From: Bacillota bacterium
GTDB lineage: Bacteria; Bacillota; UBA994; UBA5500
Assembly: GCA_050949085.1 (NCBI GenBank)
Contig: JBMNFB010000001.1
Span: 712,567 to 776,566, forward strand
Reading direction: 5' to 3'
Length of the DNA stretch: 64,000 nt
The position numbers and the translations under genes were made by a program. A model generated the notes under the pieces. The model saw only the letters and a program-made list of their open reading frames with translations, was not told the DNA's origin and made no database searches. Below are positions 1 to 10,509 of this stretch, one piece after another. Positions within the stretch are counted from its first letter, which is position 1. Each line of letters opens with the position of its first letter.

Positions 1-853
1 TGCTCCAGGGAAACAGAGGGGTTGTTGGTGATGACTATCGCCTGATACCGCATTCCTACCTCCAAGCCAAGCCGCTGCACATAAGCTGCCATGAGTTCTC
101 AAAACCACTGACTATTGTATCCCCAAACCCCCTGCAATACCGGGGAGATCACCAATTTTGGGCCACTGTGGATGCGCCACACAGGCAATTTAAAAGACAG
201 GGGTCTGAAAACACGTGGTGCCTTCACCTCTGTCTCTTGGTACCTGAGAGATTTTGTAGGGCCTTCAGCTCGACCCCGCTCCTTCGGTGCTGCCCCGACG
301 CAGCTTTCCAGAGTGCTGTCACCGCACGGTCCTTTTGCCTGAGAGTTTGGTGCAAGTCCGGCTGAGAAATGCAATTTGCTCCTTCGGCGCCATAACGGTC
401 TCTCCCGTGCGAGTCATCCAGAGCCATATTCTATTTTCACGTTACCATATGTATCTACTTGTTCTTTCGTTCACCAAGAGCATACCATTTGAACTTACGG
501 AAGGCAAGGGTTCCACACACTCTCATGCGAAAAATGTATCATAACAACAGATGCAAGCATAAGAATACTTTTTCAAGGGGTACAAATCGCCGAATCAGGG
601 CTTCAGCGGGGCACAACCTGCCGTCTCGAGAGCATTTCTGTGGGGTTCCCCTCGATCCTGCAACCTGGCAGCCTCCCCGCCGTAATAGATCAGGGGAGGC
701 AAAGGCCGAGGTGCGCAGGGGCCAATTAGCGTAGTGCTAGTGGCAGGCTACTATGGTAAAATCCAGTTAGGATTGTGAAAAGGCCAAGGGCTATATCTTG
801 TCTCTACAATCTAGCACGGGGTATACAGGAACACTCTCTGGGAGGGAAGCCGA
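1..853. other. ORF-free, lower-GC leader region with UUCG-capped hairpins and an internal tandem repeat of about 95 nt; possible structured RNA, leader, or decayed element (unresolved)
   Basis: Only short mutually overlapping ORFs on both strands. Repeated blocks CCTGAGAG...GCTCCTTCGG(T/C)GC at about 243-310 and 335-400. Region 420-600 is AT-rich. Confidence 0.3.
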
Positions 854-1582
854 TTGCTACAGATTGAGAATGTCTCTAAGCGCTATCAGAAGGGCGCAGT
901 GAAAGCTGTAGACAGCCTCACACTGCGGATTAACGCGGGCGAGATCTTTGGATTCCTGGGCCCGAACGGCGCCGGAAAAACGACGACACTGAAGATGGTA
1001 GTAGGACTGCTGAGACCCGACGAGGGCTCGATTCGCGTCAACGGCATCGATGTTCAGCGGGAGCCGCTTCGGGCCAAGGCACAGCTGGGCTTTGTGCCAG
1101 ACAACCCCGACCTCTATGAACGTCTGACTGGCCTGGAATACCTCAATTTCATCGCCGACGTCTATCGAATGCCGACGGAGCAGAGAAGGCAGCGAATTCA
1201 ACACATGCTGCAGATGTTTGAGCTGGAGGGGGCTGTTGGCAACCTGATTCAGAGTTTTTCCCATGGTATGAAACAGAAACTGGCGCTGACGGCGGCCTGG
1301 GTGCATAACCCATCCCTGCTAATTCTGGACGAACCGATGGTCGGCCTTGACCCACGCTCGGCGCACCTTTTCAAGGAGCTGATGCGCGAACACTGCGATC
1401 AGGGTAATACGGTTTTCTTCTCAACCCACGTCCTCGAAGTGGCCGAGAAGCTCTGTGACCGCATAGGCATCATCAACCGGGGACGCCTGATCGCCTGCGG
1501 CACGCTTGAGGAACTGCGCAGCATGGCGCAACGCGAGGAATCTCTCGAGGAAATCTTCCTCGAACTGACGGAGGCGGTGTAA
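854..1582 (+). CDS. ABC transporter ATP-binding protein (ABC-2/drug-exporter type), TTG start
   Basis: Walker A GPNGAGKTT, ABC signature and Walker B ILDEP motifs; 242 aa. Confidence 0.9.
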   Translation: MLQIENVSKRYQKGAVKAVDSLTLRINAGEIFGFLGPNGAGKTTTLKMVVGLLRPDEGSIRVNGIDVQREPLRAKAQLGFVPDNPDLYERLTGLEYLNFIADVYRMPTEQRRQRIQHMLQMFELEGAVGNLIQSFSHGMKQKLALTAAWVHNPSLLILDEPMVGLDPRSAHLFKELMREHCDQGNTVFFSTHVLEVAEKLCDRIGIINRGRLIACGTLEELRSMAQREESLEEIFLELTEAV

Positions 1583-1588
1583 AGCCAG

Positions 1589-3253
1589 ATGCTAGCCAAA
1601 TTGGTCTGGGTGACGCTAAAGAACGAGTTCGGGCTCTCAGTGCTGCGTGATCGCTGGCGGCGCCGTGAGAAGATCTGGGAGCCTATTGTCATTGTCTTGT
1701 CAATGCTGCTTGGCTTCAGCACATTCGCCGGCATACTCTACTTTCTGTTCAAGGGCGTGGCCGAGTTCGGGGCAGCGCTGGGTCAGCCCGAGCTGGTCTT
1801 TACAGTAGCCATCATCGGTAGCCAGTTTCTAGCCCTGCTGATGGGTACGTTGATGGTCATTTCGTCCTTCTACTTCTCCAAAGACCTGTCCATACTGGTG
1901 CCACTGCCGCTGCGCGGTTCTCAGATCGTCGTTGCCAAGCTGATGCATGTGATGGCCACCGAATATCTACTGGGGGCGGTCCTTTACGTCCCAGCCTGTG
2001 TTGCCTTCGCCCAGGTGGCGACACTCACCGGGTGGAGAATGCTGCTGATTCTGGTCAACTTCCTGCTCATGCCAGTGATCCCCCTCGTTGTGGCGGCTAT
2101 CGCCTCCCTGCTGCTAATGAAGGTGATCAACCGCAGGCATCGTGATCTGCTGATGGTCATTTTCTCAGTGGTATTCATGCTGATCGCGCTCAGCTTTAGT
2201 ATGGCGCCGACGGCGTTGGGCGAGAATGACCCGCAGGCAATGTTGCTGAAGATCCTTACTGAGCACGGTGCCCTATTGCAGGTGGTCGGCAGGCGCTTCC
2301 CGCCAGCCCTCTGGGGTAGCCGCTCAATCGGCATGGCCGGATCGCTGGCTGGCTTGCTCAATCTGGGGCTTGTGCTGGCAGTAGCTGCCGTGGGTTTGGC
2401 CGTGCTCTGGGTGCTGGCAGAAAGGCTGTTTCATGCTGGATTGGTAGGCGGTGAAGAAGTAGCCGGGCGCCGCAAGGCACTTTCGCGCACCGAGCTGGCC
2501 AAACGGACGGAGGAGCAGGGGGTTTTCGCTGCTCTGTTTTGGCGGGAATGGAAGCTATTTATGCGTACGCCACTCTTTGTGATGAACGGCCTGGCTGGCG
2601 CTGTAGTGATGCCGCTGGTGATGGTCGTATCACTCCTGATGCAGAGCAGCGAAATAGGCGAAATGCTGACACAAGTGCAGACGCCGACGGGACGGATGAT
2701 TGCCGCGCTGATAATCGCAGCCATCATCGGTTTCTTAGGTTCAGTAAACGCCATCTCCAGCACTTCCATCTCTCGCGAGGGGCGACTGTTCTATATCTCG
2801 AAGGTGATCCCCGTGCCCGCTCAACTGCAGGCAAGAGCGAAGATCATGCATGCGGCGTCGCTGGCTGTCCTCAGCGCACTGCCCATGCTGATCGCCTATG
2901 TCCTGCTGCTCAAGCCGGGCGTGGTGGAGGTTGCCTTCTCCCTGGCCATTGGTCTGGCTGCGTCTCTCCTCGGCATAGTGCTGGGGCTCTACGTGGATAT
3001 GCGCCGGCCGCGTCTCGATTGGACGAACCCACAACGGGCGATGAAAGAGAATTACAACGTCCTGATTCCAATGTTCCTGAACATGCTGAGCGCGGGCCTG
3101 GGAGCACTGCTGACCTGGTGGCTCTACAGCGCGCACATAGCGCCGCCCCTCATCTACCTTGCCCTGTTCGCGCTCTTCGGTGCCAGCAGCTGGCTGAGCT
3201 ACCGCCTCGTGATCCGTCAGGCTGAGGTACTCTACCTGCGCCTCGAGGTCTAG
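1589..3253 (+). CDS. Large polytopic membrane protein, probable ABC-2-type permease partner
   Basis: 554 aa with many hydrophobic helices. Lies 7 nt downstream of the ABC ATPase, same strand. Confidence 0.6.
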   Translation: MLAKLVWVTLKNEFGLSVLRDRWRRREKIWEPIVIVLSMLLGFSTFAGILYFLFKGVAEFGAALGQPELVFTVAIIGSQFLALLMGTLMVISSFYFSKDLSILVPLPLRGSQIVVAKLMHVMATEYLLGAVLYVPACVAFAQVATLTGWRMLLILVNFLLMPVIPLVVAAIASLLLMKVINRRHRDLLMVIFSVVFMLIALSFSMAPTALGENDPQAMLLKILTEHGALLQVVGRRFPPALWGSRSIGMAGSLAGLLNLGLVLAVAAVGLAVLWVLAERLFHAGLVGGEEVAGRRKALSRTELAKRTEEQGVFAALFWREWKLFMRTPLFVMNGLAGAVVMPLVMVVSLLMQSSEIGEMLTQVQTPTGRMIAALIIAAIIGFLGSVNAISSTSISREGRLFYISKVIPVPAQLQARAKIMHAASLAVLSALPMLIAYVLLLKPGVVEVAFSLAIGLAASLLGIVLGLYVDMRRPRLDWTNPQRAMKENYNVLIPMFLNMLSAGLGALLTWWLYSAHIAPPLIYLALFALFGASSWLSYRLVIRQAEVLYLRLEV

Positions 3254-3313
3254 CCGAGTCACGACGACTGGCTCTTCTTGGGAAAAGCAAGGAAATACGG
3301 TTACGCTACCACC

Positions 3314-3340
3314 GGCGGGGCTCACTCCCCGCCTTTTCCT
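3314..3340 (+). terminator. Rho-independent terminator
   Basis: GGCGGGG-CTCACT-CCCCGCC hairpin followed by TTTT. Confidence 0.5.
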
Positions 3341-3431
3341 ATGGGCAGCAGGGATAAAGCTGCCCCACCAGAATAAACACTAGAAAGATTAGATTTCCGG
3401 CATCTCCGGGGAATCATGAGGAGGCAAAAGA

Positions 3432-4682
3432 ATGGACTACGTCGTGTCAGAGAAGATCAAGCAGGCCTGCCAGCAGCTGAAGCAGCTAGAATCGGTGCAG
3501 AGCGGCATTGAGTTCATCAAGGCAGATGAACAGCAAACGTTGGAGGATCAGCTGGAGCTAGTCGCCATCGAGGCGCCGACGTTCCATGAGGTCAATCGGG
3601 CCCGGGCATTCGCCGCGAAGTTGCAGGAGCTAGGCCTGACGGATGTGCAGGTCGACCGCCACAACAATGCCTTTGGCATCCGACGCGGCAAGGGCAGCAC
3701 CGGGAAAGCCATCATCATCGAAGGGCATCTGGATACTGTCTTCCCTCTGGGGACAGTCAGCGGCAAGCCTGAGCCAACGCAGGACGGCCTCTACCAGTGT
3801 CCCGGCATAGCCGATGACACGAGGGGGCTGGCGGCCGTGTTATCGGTGCTGCGGGCCTTTAACCATGCCCAGATCGAGACTCATCACGACATCATTTTCA
3901 TGGGGACTTCGCGCGAAGAAGGTATGGGTGGCTTTGGTGGCATCAAGGATTTCCTGAACGATCACGATAACATCGTCGCCAGCATCAACGTCGACGGTGC
4001 CAGCACAGACTCCATCACCTACGAGGCAACAGGAATGAGAACCTTCGCCGTTAACTTCTACGGTATCGGCGGCCATGCCTATGGGGCATTCGGTAAGGTG
4101 GCCAACCCGCTGCATGCCGCAGCCCGCGCCGTGGCGAAGATCGCTGATATTCAGGTGCCCGAGTCTCCCAAGACCACCTACGCTGTGAGCAACTTCCATG
4201 CGGGCAACGACGCCGGTGTGCATGCCATCGTCCCCATGGCCACTATCAAGATGAACATGCGCTCCGACTGCCAGGACGAGCTAGATATCCTCTATGGGAA
4301 AGTGCTGGAGTGCATCAAGGAAGCCTGCGCCGAGGAGACTGCCCGTTGGGGCGCTGATACTATCACCTACGACATCGAAATGTATGTCGACGTGAAGGCA
4401 GGCACCCAGCCGGTTGATGCGCCCATCGTGCAAGCTACCTATGCGCTGATTCAGGCAAGCGGCGTGGAGCCTAAGCTAGGGCACGGCGGCAATACCAACG
4501 CCAGCCCGCCCATCGCCCTGGGCATCCCGGCGGTCTGTGTCGGTGGTGGCGGCAAAGCCGGGATGGTACATACGACAAAGGAATGGTGGGATCCCACCGA
4601 TGCCTACCTCGGACCGCAGCTGATCTTCTACCTGGCTAATCTGTTGGCCGGCATCGAGGGCGTTGCCGAGTCCATCCTTTAG
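3432..4682 (+). CDS. M20-family metallopeptidase (peptidase T / ArgE-DapE-like)
   Basis: EGHLDTVFP metal-binding motif and overall M20 architecture; 416 aa. Confidence 0.8.
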   Translation: MDYVVSEKIKQACQQLKQLESVQSGIEFIKADEQQTLEDQLELVAIEAPTFHEVNRARAFAAKLQELGLTDVQVDRHNNAFGIRRGKGSTGKAIIIEGHLDTVFPLGTVSGKPEPTQDGLYQCPGIADDTRGLAAVLSVLRAFNHAQIETHHDIIFMGTSREEGMGGFGGIKDFLNDHDNIVASINVDGASTDSITYEATGMRTFAVNFYGIGGHAYGAFGKVANPLHAAARAVAKIADIQVPESPKTTYAVSNFHAGNDAGVHAIVPMATIKMNMRSDCQDELDILYGKVLECIKEACAEETARWGADTITYDIEMYVDVKAGTQPVDAPIVQATYALIQASGVEPKLGHGGNTNASPPIALGIPAVCVGGGGKAGMVHTTKEWWDPTDAYLGPQLIFYLANLLAGIEGVAESIL

Positions 4683-4773
4683 GCTCATCAGGTGAAGCTG
4701 GGGTTGCCTCAATAGCAGGTGCTTCTCAGCAGGGCACACCACCTCCGGCGCTGCCGATGGCTTCGGATTACAA

Positions 4774-4800
4774 AGGGGCTGTTGCTCGTGCAACAGCCCT
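4774..4800. terminator. GC-rich hairpin between convergent genes (bidirectional terminator candidate)
   Basis: GGGCTGTTGC-TCGT-GCAACAGCCC perfect 10-bp stem. Confidence 0.4.
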
Positions 4801-4848
4801 TCTCCCTTGCTCGCTAGACCAGTCGTGTAACGGCAGCATTGCTCCCTA

Positions 4849-5820
4849 TCACCCCAGCCAGCAGGCGACCTGATGGCTGCCGTTGACGCGCTGTAGCTCG
4901 GGTGCCTGCTGGCGGCAGACGTCAGTGGCATGCGGACAGCGTGTATGGAAGGCACACCCCGCAGGGGGATTGAGCGGGCTGGGCACCTCTCCTTGCAGGA
5001 CAACACGCTCCCGCTTCTGTCCTGGAGCGATGCGCGGACTGGCCGAGAGCAATGCCTTGGTATAGGGATGCGCCGGATGCAGGAAGACCTCTTCCCTGCT
5101 CCCCATCTCCACGATGCGGCCGAGGTACATCACCGCCACTTCATCGCTGATGTGCCAGACCACCGAAAGGTTGTGAGAGATAAAGAGATATGACAAGCCG
5201 CGTTCCTGCTGCAGCTGCTTGAGCAGGTTCAGTATCTGACTCTGCACCGAGACATCCAATGCTGATGTGGGCTCATCACAGAGCAGGATCTGCGGATCGG
5301 AGGCCAGAGCGCGGGCGATACCGACGCGCTGGCGTTGCCCGCCGCTGAACTGATGCGGATAGCGATTGAACATCTGCTCATCCAGACTGACGGCGGCAAA
5401 CAACTCGCGCAGGCGCTCCCGCCGGTCACCGGGGAAGCGATTGATGATCAGCGGCTCTTCCACACTCCGGCCGACCGCCATTCGGGGGTTGAGAGTGGCA
5501 TAAGGGTCCTGAAAGACCATCTGCACCTGGTGGCGCAACTGGCTGAGAGATTGCCGACTGGTATAGTCGACTACCTCTCCCGCAACCCTCACGCTGCCAG
5601 CGGTCGGCTGCTCCAGCCCGGCAAGCATGCGGGCGACAGTGGTCTTGCCGCAACCGCTTTCCCCCACCAGGGCCAGCGTCTTGCCAAGCGGCAGGCGGAA
5701 GCTCACGTTATCAACAGCACGCACACCGGCTGACGTCGGCCTGCTCCAGAGACTCTTGCGCACCGGGAAAACCTTCTTCAGGCCTGCCACTTCCAGGGCG
5801 TATTGCTGGGCGACTGCCAT
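4849..5820 (-). CDS. Oligopeptide/dipeptide ABC transporter ATP-binding protein (OppF/DppF type)
   Basis: GESGCGKTT Walker A and LSGGQRQR signature; C-terminal oligopeptide-transporter extension. Confidence 0.9.
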   Translation of the reverse strand: MAVAQQYALEVAGLKKVFPVRKSLWSRPTSAGVRAVDNVSFRLPLGKTLALVGESGCGKTTVARMLAGLEQPTAGSVRVAGEVVDYTSRQSLSQLRHQVQMVFQDPYATLNPRMAVGRSVEEPLIINRFPGDRRERLRELFAAVSLDEQMFNRYPHQFSGGQRQRVGIARALASDPQILLCDEPTSALDVSVQSQILNLLKQLQQERGLSYLFISHNLSVVWHISDEVAVMYLGRIVEMGSREEVFLHPAHPYTKALLSASPRIAPGQKRERVVLQGEVPSPLNPPAGCAFHTRCPHATDVCRQQAPELQRVNGSHQVACWLG

Positions 5821-5821
5821 C

Positions 5822-6814
5822 CTAAACCACCTCCCACCGATCTGCCTTGGTTAGTCCGGTTCCTGCCGCGTGACAGCGCACCTGCCGCTGCGGTCCGATT
5901 TCCAACATGCGCTGCGGCTGCTGGCATTCCTGGGTCGCGTTCGGGCAGCGGGCGGCGAAAGCGCAGCCCCGGATGGCGCCGAGATCACGCGGCACGCTGC
6001 CGCTGATGCTGTAGAGTCTGCCCTGCTGCTCGCCCCAGCGGGGCAGAGAGCGTATCAGGCCCTGACTATAGGGATGAGCCGGTTCGTTGAACAGTTGCTC
6101 CACCGAGCCTGTCTCCATAACTTCCCCCGCATACATGACGACACCGCGGTCAGCATATTCGGCGACCAGGCCGAGGTCATGGGTGATGAGGATCAGGGTC
6201 ATGCCCGTAGAGGCCTGCAGTTCCTTCAACAATTCGAGAATTTGCGCCTGCACGGTGACATCCAACGCCGTCGTCGGCTCATCAGCGATCAAAAGCTCCG
6301 GCTCTCCCGCCAAAGCGATGGCAATCAGCACCCGCTGCCGCATGCCGCCGGAAAGCTCATGCGGGAAGTTGCGCAGCCGACGCTTGACGTCGGCGATTCC
6401 CACCCGGGCCAGATAGTCTCCGGCCGCATTCTCCGCCTGCCTCTTGCTCAGGCCCCGGTGGAGCATCAAGACCTCGCAGATCTGCTGCGATACCGTCTGC
6501 ACCGGGTTGAGGGATGTCATCGGCTCCTGAAAGATCATCGCCAGCGAACTGCCGCGCAGTCTGCGCCGTTCTTCAGCCGAGAGAGTGAGCAGGTCGTCGC
6601 CTTTGAACAGGATTTGGCCGCCGACGATGCGCCCTGGATAGCTGAGCAGCCCCATGATCGAGAGCGCGGTAACACTCTTGCCGGAGCCGCTTTCACCGAC
6701 GATACCCAGCGCTTCGCCCCGCCTTACGTCGAAGGAGACGCCACGCACTACTGGGCGCTGTGCGAAATTGATACTGAGGTGACGCACCAAAAGGAGTTCC
6801 TGCATCTGACTCAC
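5822..6814 (-). CDS. Oligopeptide/dipeptide ABC transporter ATP-binding protein (OppD/DppD type)
   Basis: GESGSGKSV Walker A and LSGGMRQR signature; adjacent to the OppF-type gene. Confidence 0.9.
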   Translation of the reverse strand: MSQMQELLLVRHLSINFAQRPVVRGVSFDVRRGEALGIVGESGSGKSVTALSIMGLLSYPGRIVGGQILFKGDDLLTLSAEERRRLRGSSLAMIFQEPMTSLNPVQTVSQQICEVLMLHRGLSKRQAENAAGDYLARVGIADVKRRLRNFPHELSGGMRQRVLIAIALAGEPELLIADEPTTALDVTVQAQILELLKELQASTGMTLILITHDLGLVAEYADRGVVMYAGEVMETGSVEQLFNEPAHPYSQGLIRSLPRWGEQQGRLYSISGSVPRDLGAIRGCAFAARCPNATQECQQPQRMLEIGPQRQVRCHAAGTGLTKADRWEVV

Positions 6815-7644
6815 TCTCCTTCCACCAACTTGGGGTCGAGGGCATCGCGCAGCCCGTCACCGAAAAGGTTGAACGCCAGGACGGCCAGCATGATGGCGAC
6901 ACCGGGAAAAGTGGAGATATGGGGTGCCGACTGAATATAGTTGCGTCCCGAGCTGATGATACTCCCCCAGCTGGCCTGCGGCTCCTGTATGCCGAAGCCC
7001 AGGAAGCTGAGCGATGACTCCAGCAGGATCACCGAAGCCACATTGGTGGAGACCATGACGATCAGCGATGACCAGCAATTGGGCAGAATGTGTCGCGTCA
7101 GGATGCGCAGGTCGCTGGCGCCGTAGGCGCGCGCCGCCTCTACGAACGGTGCCTGCTTAACGGCGATGATCTCGCCGCGCAACACCCGGGCATACCCCGT
7201 CCAAGACGTCAACCCGATCACGACCAGCACGGTCTTGAAGCTGGGTCCGACGATGGCCACCGTGGCCAGGACCAGCAGAAACTGGGGGACGGTCATGAAG
7301 ACCTCCACCACGCGCATAATCAGGAGATCAACCCAGCCGCCGCAATAACCAGCGAGGGCCCCCATGATGATGCCCATGGCGAGAGAGATCACGCCGGCCA
7401 GCAGCCCCACCGACAGCGAAGCCCGCGCTCCCACCAGCATGCGGCTGAGAATGCAGCGCCCCAGAGCATCCTGACCCAGGGGATACTGGGCGCTGGGGCC
7501 GCGTAAGCCTTCGCCCGGATGCACCTGATAGGGATCGTTGGGAGTCAGGAAAGGGGCGAGCAGGGCCAGCAAGGACAGGATCAGGATGATCACCAGCCCG
7601 ATGACGGCCAGTTTGTGACCGAACAGCCGTTTCGCAAGATCCAC
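6811..7644 (-). CDS. Oligopeptide ABC transporter permease (OppC/DppC type)
   Basis: BPD-transport-type permease; 4-nt overlap with the upstream gene. Confidence 0.9.
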   Translation of the reverse strand: MDLAKRLFGHKLAVIGLVIILILSLLALLAPFLTPNDPYQVHPGEGLRGPSAQYPLGQDALGRCILSRMLVGARASLSVGLLAGVISLAMGIIMGALAGYCGGWVDLLIMRVVEVFMTVPQFLLVLATVAIVGPSFKTVLVVIGLTSWTGYARVLRGEIIAVKQAPFVEAARAYGASDLRILTRHILPNCWSSLIVMVSTNVASVILLESSLSFLGFGIQEPQASWGSIISSGRNYIQSAPHISTFPGVAIMLAVLAFNLFGDGLRDALDPKLVEGE

Positions 7645-7657
7645 TCTTCTCCCCTCC

Positions 7658-8578
7658 CTAACTCAAGCGCACGCGTGGATCCACAGCAGCGTAGAGCACA
7701 TCAACCAGAATATTGGCAGCCACTACCGCTACCGAAATCATCAGCACTACTGCCTGCACCAGGAAAACGTCGTGCTGCAACAAGGCAGTCGTCAAGAGGC
7801 GCCCGAGGCCGGGCCAGGCGAAGATCGTTTCCACCACTACCGTACCTACGACCATGAGCGCCAGCCAGCTCCCCAGCACGGTGACGATCGGAATCAAGGC
7901 ATTGCGCAGCGCATGGCGGACGAGAACTGTCCGCTCCTGCAGGCCCTTTGCCCGCGCCGTACGCACATAGTCTTCCTGCAGGACCTCCAGCATGCTGGTG
8001 CGTACCATCCGCATCAGCCCCGCCGCCCAGGAAAAGCCCAGGGTTGCCGCCGGCAGCAGGTAGTGCAGCCAGGTGCCGGTACCACTGGTGGGCAACCAGC
8101 CCAGGTTGACGGCAAAGACAATCATCAGGACGAGGGAAACCCAGAAACTGGGCATGGACATGCCGAGCATAGCGATGCCGGTGCACAGATAGTCGACCCA
8201 GGTGTGGCGCCGGGAGGCAGCCAACAGCCCCAGTGGAAAGGCGATGGCCAGCCCGATCAGGGTAGCCCAGAAATTGAGCTTCAGCGTATAGGGCAGCGTT
8301 GTGGAGATCAGATAGCTCACCGGCAGTTTGGAGATGATGGATTTCCCCATATCGCCAGTCAGCATCTTTCCCAGCCACACGAAGTATTGTACGAGGAAGG
8401 GACGGTCGAAGCCCCATTCCCGACTGATCTGGGCAATGACCTCGGGCGATGCCTCGCGGCCGGCCGCCATTCGTACCGGATCGCCTGGTGCGAGATACAT
8501 CAGCCCAAAGACGATGAAGCTGATAGCCAGCACCAGAGGAATGGCCAGAAGTATTCGTTTGAAAATGTACTTTGCCAA
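7658..8578 (-). CDS. Oligopeptide ABC transporter permease (OppB/DppB type)
   Basis: N-terminus MAKYIFKRILLAIPLVLAISFIVF typical of OppB/DppB; 306 aa. Confidence 0.9.
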   Translation of the reverse strand: MAKYIFKRILLAIPLVLAISFIVFGLMYLAPGDPVRMAAGREASPEVIAQISREWGFDRPFLVQYFVWLGKMLTGDMGKSIISKLPVSYLISTTLPYTLKLNFWATLIGLAIAFPLGLLAASRRHTWVDYLCTGIAMLGMSMPSFWVSLVLMIVFAVNLGWLPTSGTGTWLHYLLPAATLGFSWAAGLMRMVRTSMLEVLQEDYVRTARAKGLQERTVLVRHALRNALIPIVTVLGSWLALMVVGTVVVETIFAWPGLGRLLTTALLQHDVFLVQAVVLMISVAVVAANILVDVLYAAVDPRVRLS

Positions 8579-8750
8579 GATTGACCCCTCCTAAGCAAGT
8601 CCGGCAGCGATTTGGGAGCAAAGAGGCCAGGCAACGCCAGGGCGCGCCCAGGCTACGCATACCTTAAACCGCGGGAATAATCAGGTGCCTCTATCAGTCT
8701 GACAGGGGCACCTGATGTGTGGGCAACCACCTATTTCGGCTAGTGAGCGA

Positions 8751-10295
8751 TTACTTGGGCTGAACCTTGTAGAGCAGCTGATACTGGCCGGCCGCTTCCT
8801 CGGTCATCCCGGTATAGGAGCTGTTCAGCGCCGCCAGTTCATTGCGATGATAGAGCCAGAGTGTGGCCACATCCTCAGCCAGAATCTCCTGCACCCGGTT
8901 ATAGATCTCCTTCCGCGCTGCCGGATCGCTCTCGCGACGGCCCTGCTCCAGAAGGCTATCTACTTCGGGATTGCTGTAGCACCAGTCATTGAAGCCGCCG
9001 CTGATCGAGCTGGAATGCCAGTAGTTATACTGATCCGGATCGGCCGAGGGCGACATGGAGAGCATCATCGCTTCGTAGTCGCGCGCGTCCAGGCGGGCGT
9101 TCATCAGAGACCAATCAAGGAACTCGAGCTTCATCTCAATGCCCACCTGAGCCAGCCAACTCTGCAGGAGAATGCCCTGATTCTTCGTCTGCTCGTTGCC
9201 GCTGCCAATGATCACGCTGAAACTGAAGCGCTCGCCAGCACTGTTCACCAGGATTCCATCGGCACCCGGCGTCCAGCCGGCCTCAGCCAGCAGCTGTTTG
9301 GCCTTGTCAAAGTCCTGGGTGAAAGTGCGCACATCCGGGTTATACCACTCTTCGTTGATAGGTGCGATGGGGCCGGTAGAAGGGCGGCCGGCGCCTTTCA
9401 GGATGTCAGAGATGATCGTCTCCTGATCGATCGTATAGGCCATCGCCTCGCGCACGCGCCTATCCTGGAAGAGGGCGTTGCGGTTGTTATAGCCTAGATA
9501 GGCAAACGTTAGTTGCGGAATGGAGAACGTCGTCAGCGCTTTACTATCCTGCATTCCCGCAAAGTCCTCCGCGGTCAGGCCGGCTGCGTAGTCAATTTCA
9601 CCCTTGCTGAGGGCCATGGCGCGGACCGAGGCTTCAGGTATAGGCCGAAAGACGACCGTTGCGAGAGCCGGTTCGCCGCCCCAGTATTCGGCGTTGGCCT
9701 CGACTGTAAAGTGATCATTAGGAACCCATTCCACATATTTGAACGGACCGGTGCCGATCGGGTTCATGTTGTAGTTCTCAAAACCAACCTCGGGCACGTG
9801 ATGCTCGGCCATAATCGGCAGCTGGGCAACTTTATCCAGGAAAGGACCATGGGACTCTTTCAGCTGGAAGACGACAGTCAGATCGTCAGGCGTCTCAATC
9901 TTCTCGATCATCTCGTAGTTAGTACGATGGACCGACTGATTGGACGGGTCCAGCAAAGCCTCATAGGTGTACTTGACGTCGGCCGCCGTAAAGGCCTCAC
10001 CGTCATGCCATTTCACGTCCGGGCGCAGCTTGAATGTCCACGACAGTCCATCGTCGGCCTGGGTCCACTCAGTGGCCAGGGCGGCGACCAGCTTGTTATT
10101 GCCCTCATAGCGCACCAGTGGTTCGTGGATCTGCATACTCACGGTACGAGACACGACGTTGGTTAGCAGAATCGGTGTCAGGTTCACAATGTCGGCGCTG
10201 AGTGCAAACACGAAAGCGTCATCTGCTCCGCCCCCGATGGCGCAGCCAGTCAGGATCATAGCCAGGGCTGCGACCAGGGCAATCAATCTCTTCAT
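8751..10295 (-). CDS. Family-5 solute-binding lipoprotein (OppA/DppA type)
   Basis: Start refined to the ATG of MKRLIALVAALAMILTGC (lipobox), preceded by GGGGAGAG. SBP_bac_5-like length. Confidence 0.9.
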   Translation of the reverse strand: MKRLIALVAALAMILTGCAIGGGADDAFVFALSADIVNLTPILLTNVVSRTVSMQIHEPLVRYEGNNKLVAALATEWTQADDGLSWTFKLRPDVKWHDGEAFTAADVKYTYEALLDPSNQSVHRTNYEMIEKIETPDDLTVVFQLKESHGPFLDKVAQLPIMAEHHVPEVGFENYNMNPIGTGPFKYVEWVPNDHFTVEANAEYWGGEPALATVVFRPIPEASVRAMALSKGEIDYAAGLTAEDFAGMQDSKALTTFSIPQLTFAYLGYNNRNALFQDRRVREAMAYTIDQETIISDILKGAGRPSTGPIAPINEEWYNPDVRTFTQDFDKAKQLLAEAGWTPGADGILVNSAGERFSFSVIIGSGNEQTKNQGILLQSWLAQVGIEMKLEFLDWSLMNARLDARDYEAMMLSMSPSADPDQYNYWHSSSISGGFNDWCYSNPEVDSLLEQGRRESDPAARKEIYNRVQEILAEDVATLWLYHRNELAALNSSYTGMTEEAAGQYQLLYKVQPK

Positions 10296-10509
10296 TTGGC
10301 TCTCCCCTTTTTTCTCGGTTAACTGCCGTCTGTCGCAGCGTATTGTCATCCAGTGCTGCATAACATCCGGTCGTTGTGCATAACTATACACTACCCCTGA
10401 TTGTTATGCAACCCCCTTTCCCAAGTTTTTTCCCGCTTTTTTTCACCCCATTAGAAAGACAACACACCTCCTGCTGCCTCATACACATGAAGCAGGAGGA
10501 GGTGCCCTC

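Noticed and set aside
150-170. GCCACTG heptamer suggesting a cobalamin riboswitch B12 box
   Set aside because: The other conserved cobalamin aptamer blocks (GGTG..AA.TCC, GGGAAGG, GCCAGGA.ACCTGCC) are not present nearby. The downstream transporter is an ABC-2 exporter type, not a B12 or cobalt importer.
330-370. AAGTCCGGCT resembling the RNase P P4 strand; T-loop-like GGGTTCCAC suggesting tmRNA or tRNA
   Set aside because: No matching partner strands or other universal RNase P, tmRNA or tRNA elements could be found on either strand.
5870-6934. 354-aa plus-strand ORF (also 7772-8584, 8715-9497 and 9513-10166) overlapping the opp genes
   Set aside because: These are antisense shadow ORFs typical of high-GC DNA. 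The minus-strand ORFs have unmistakable ABC/Opp motifs and ribosome-binding sites.
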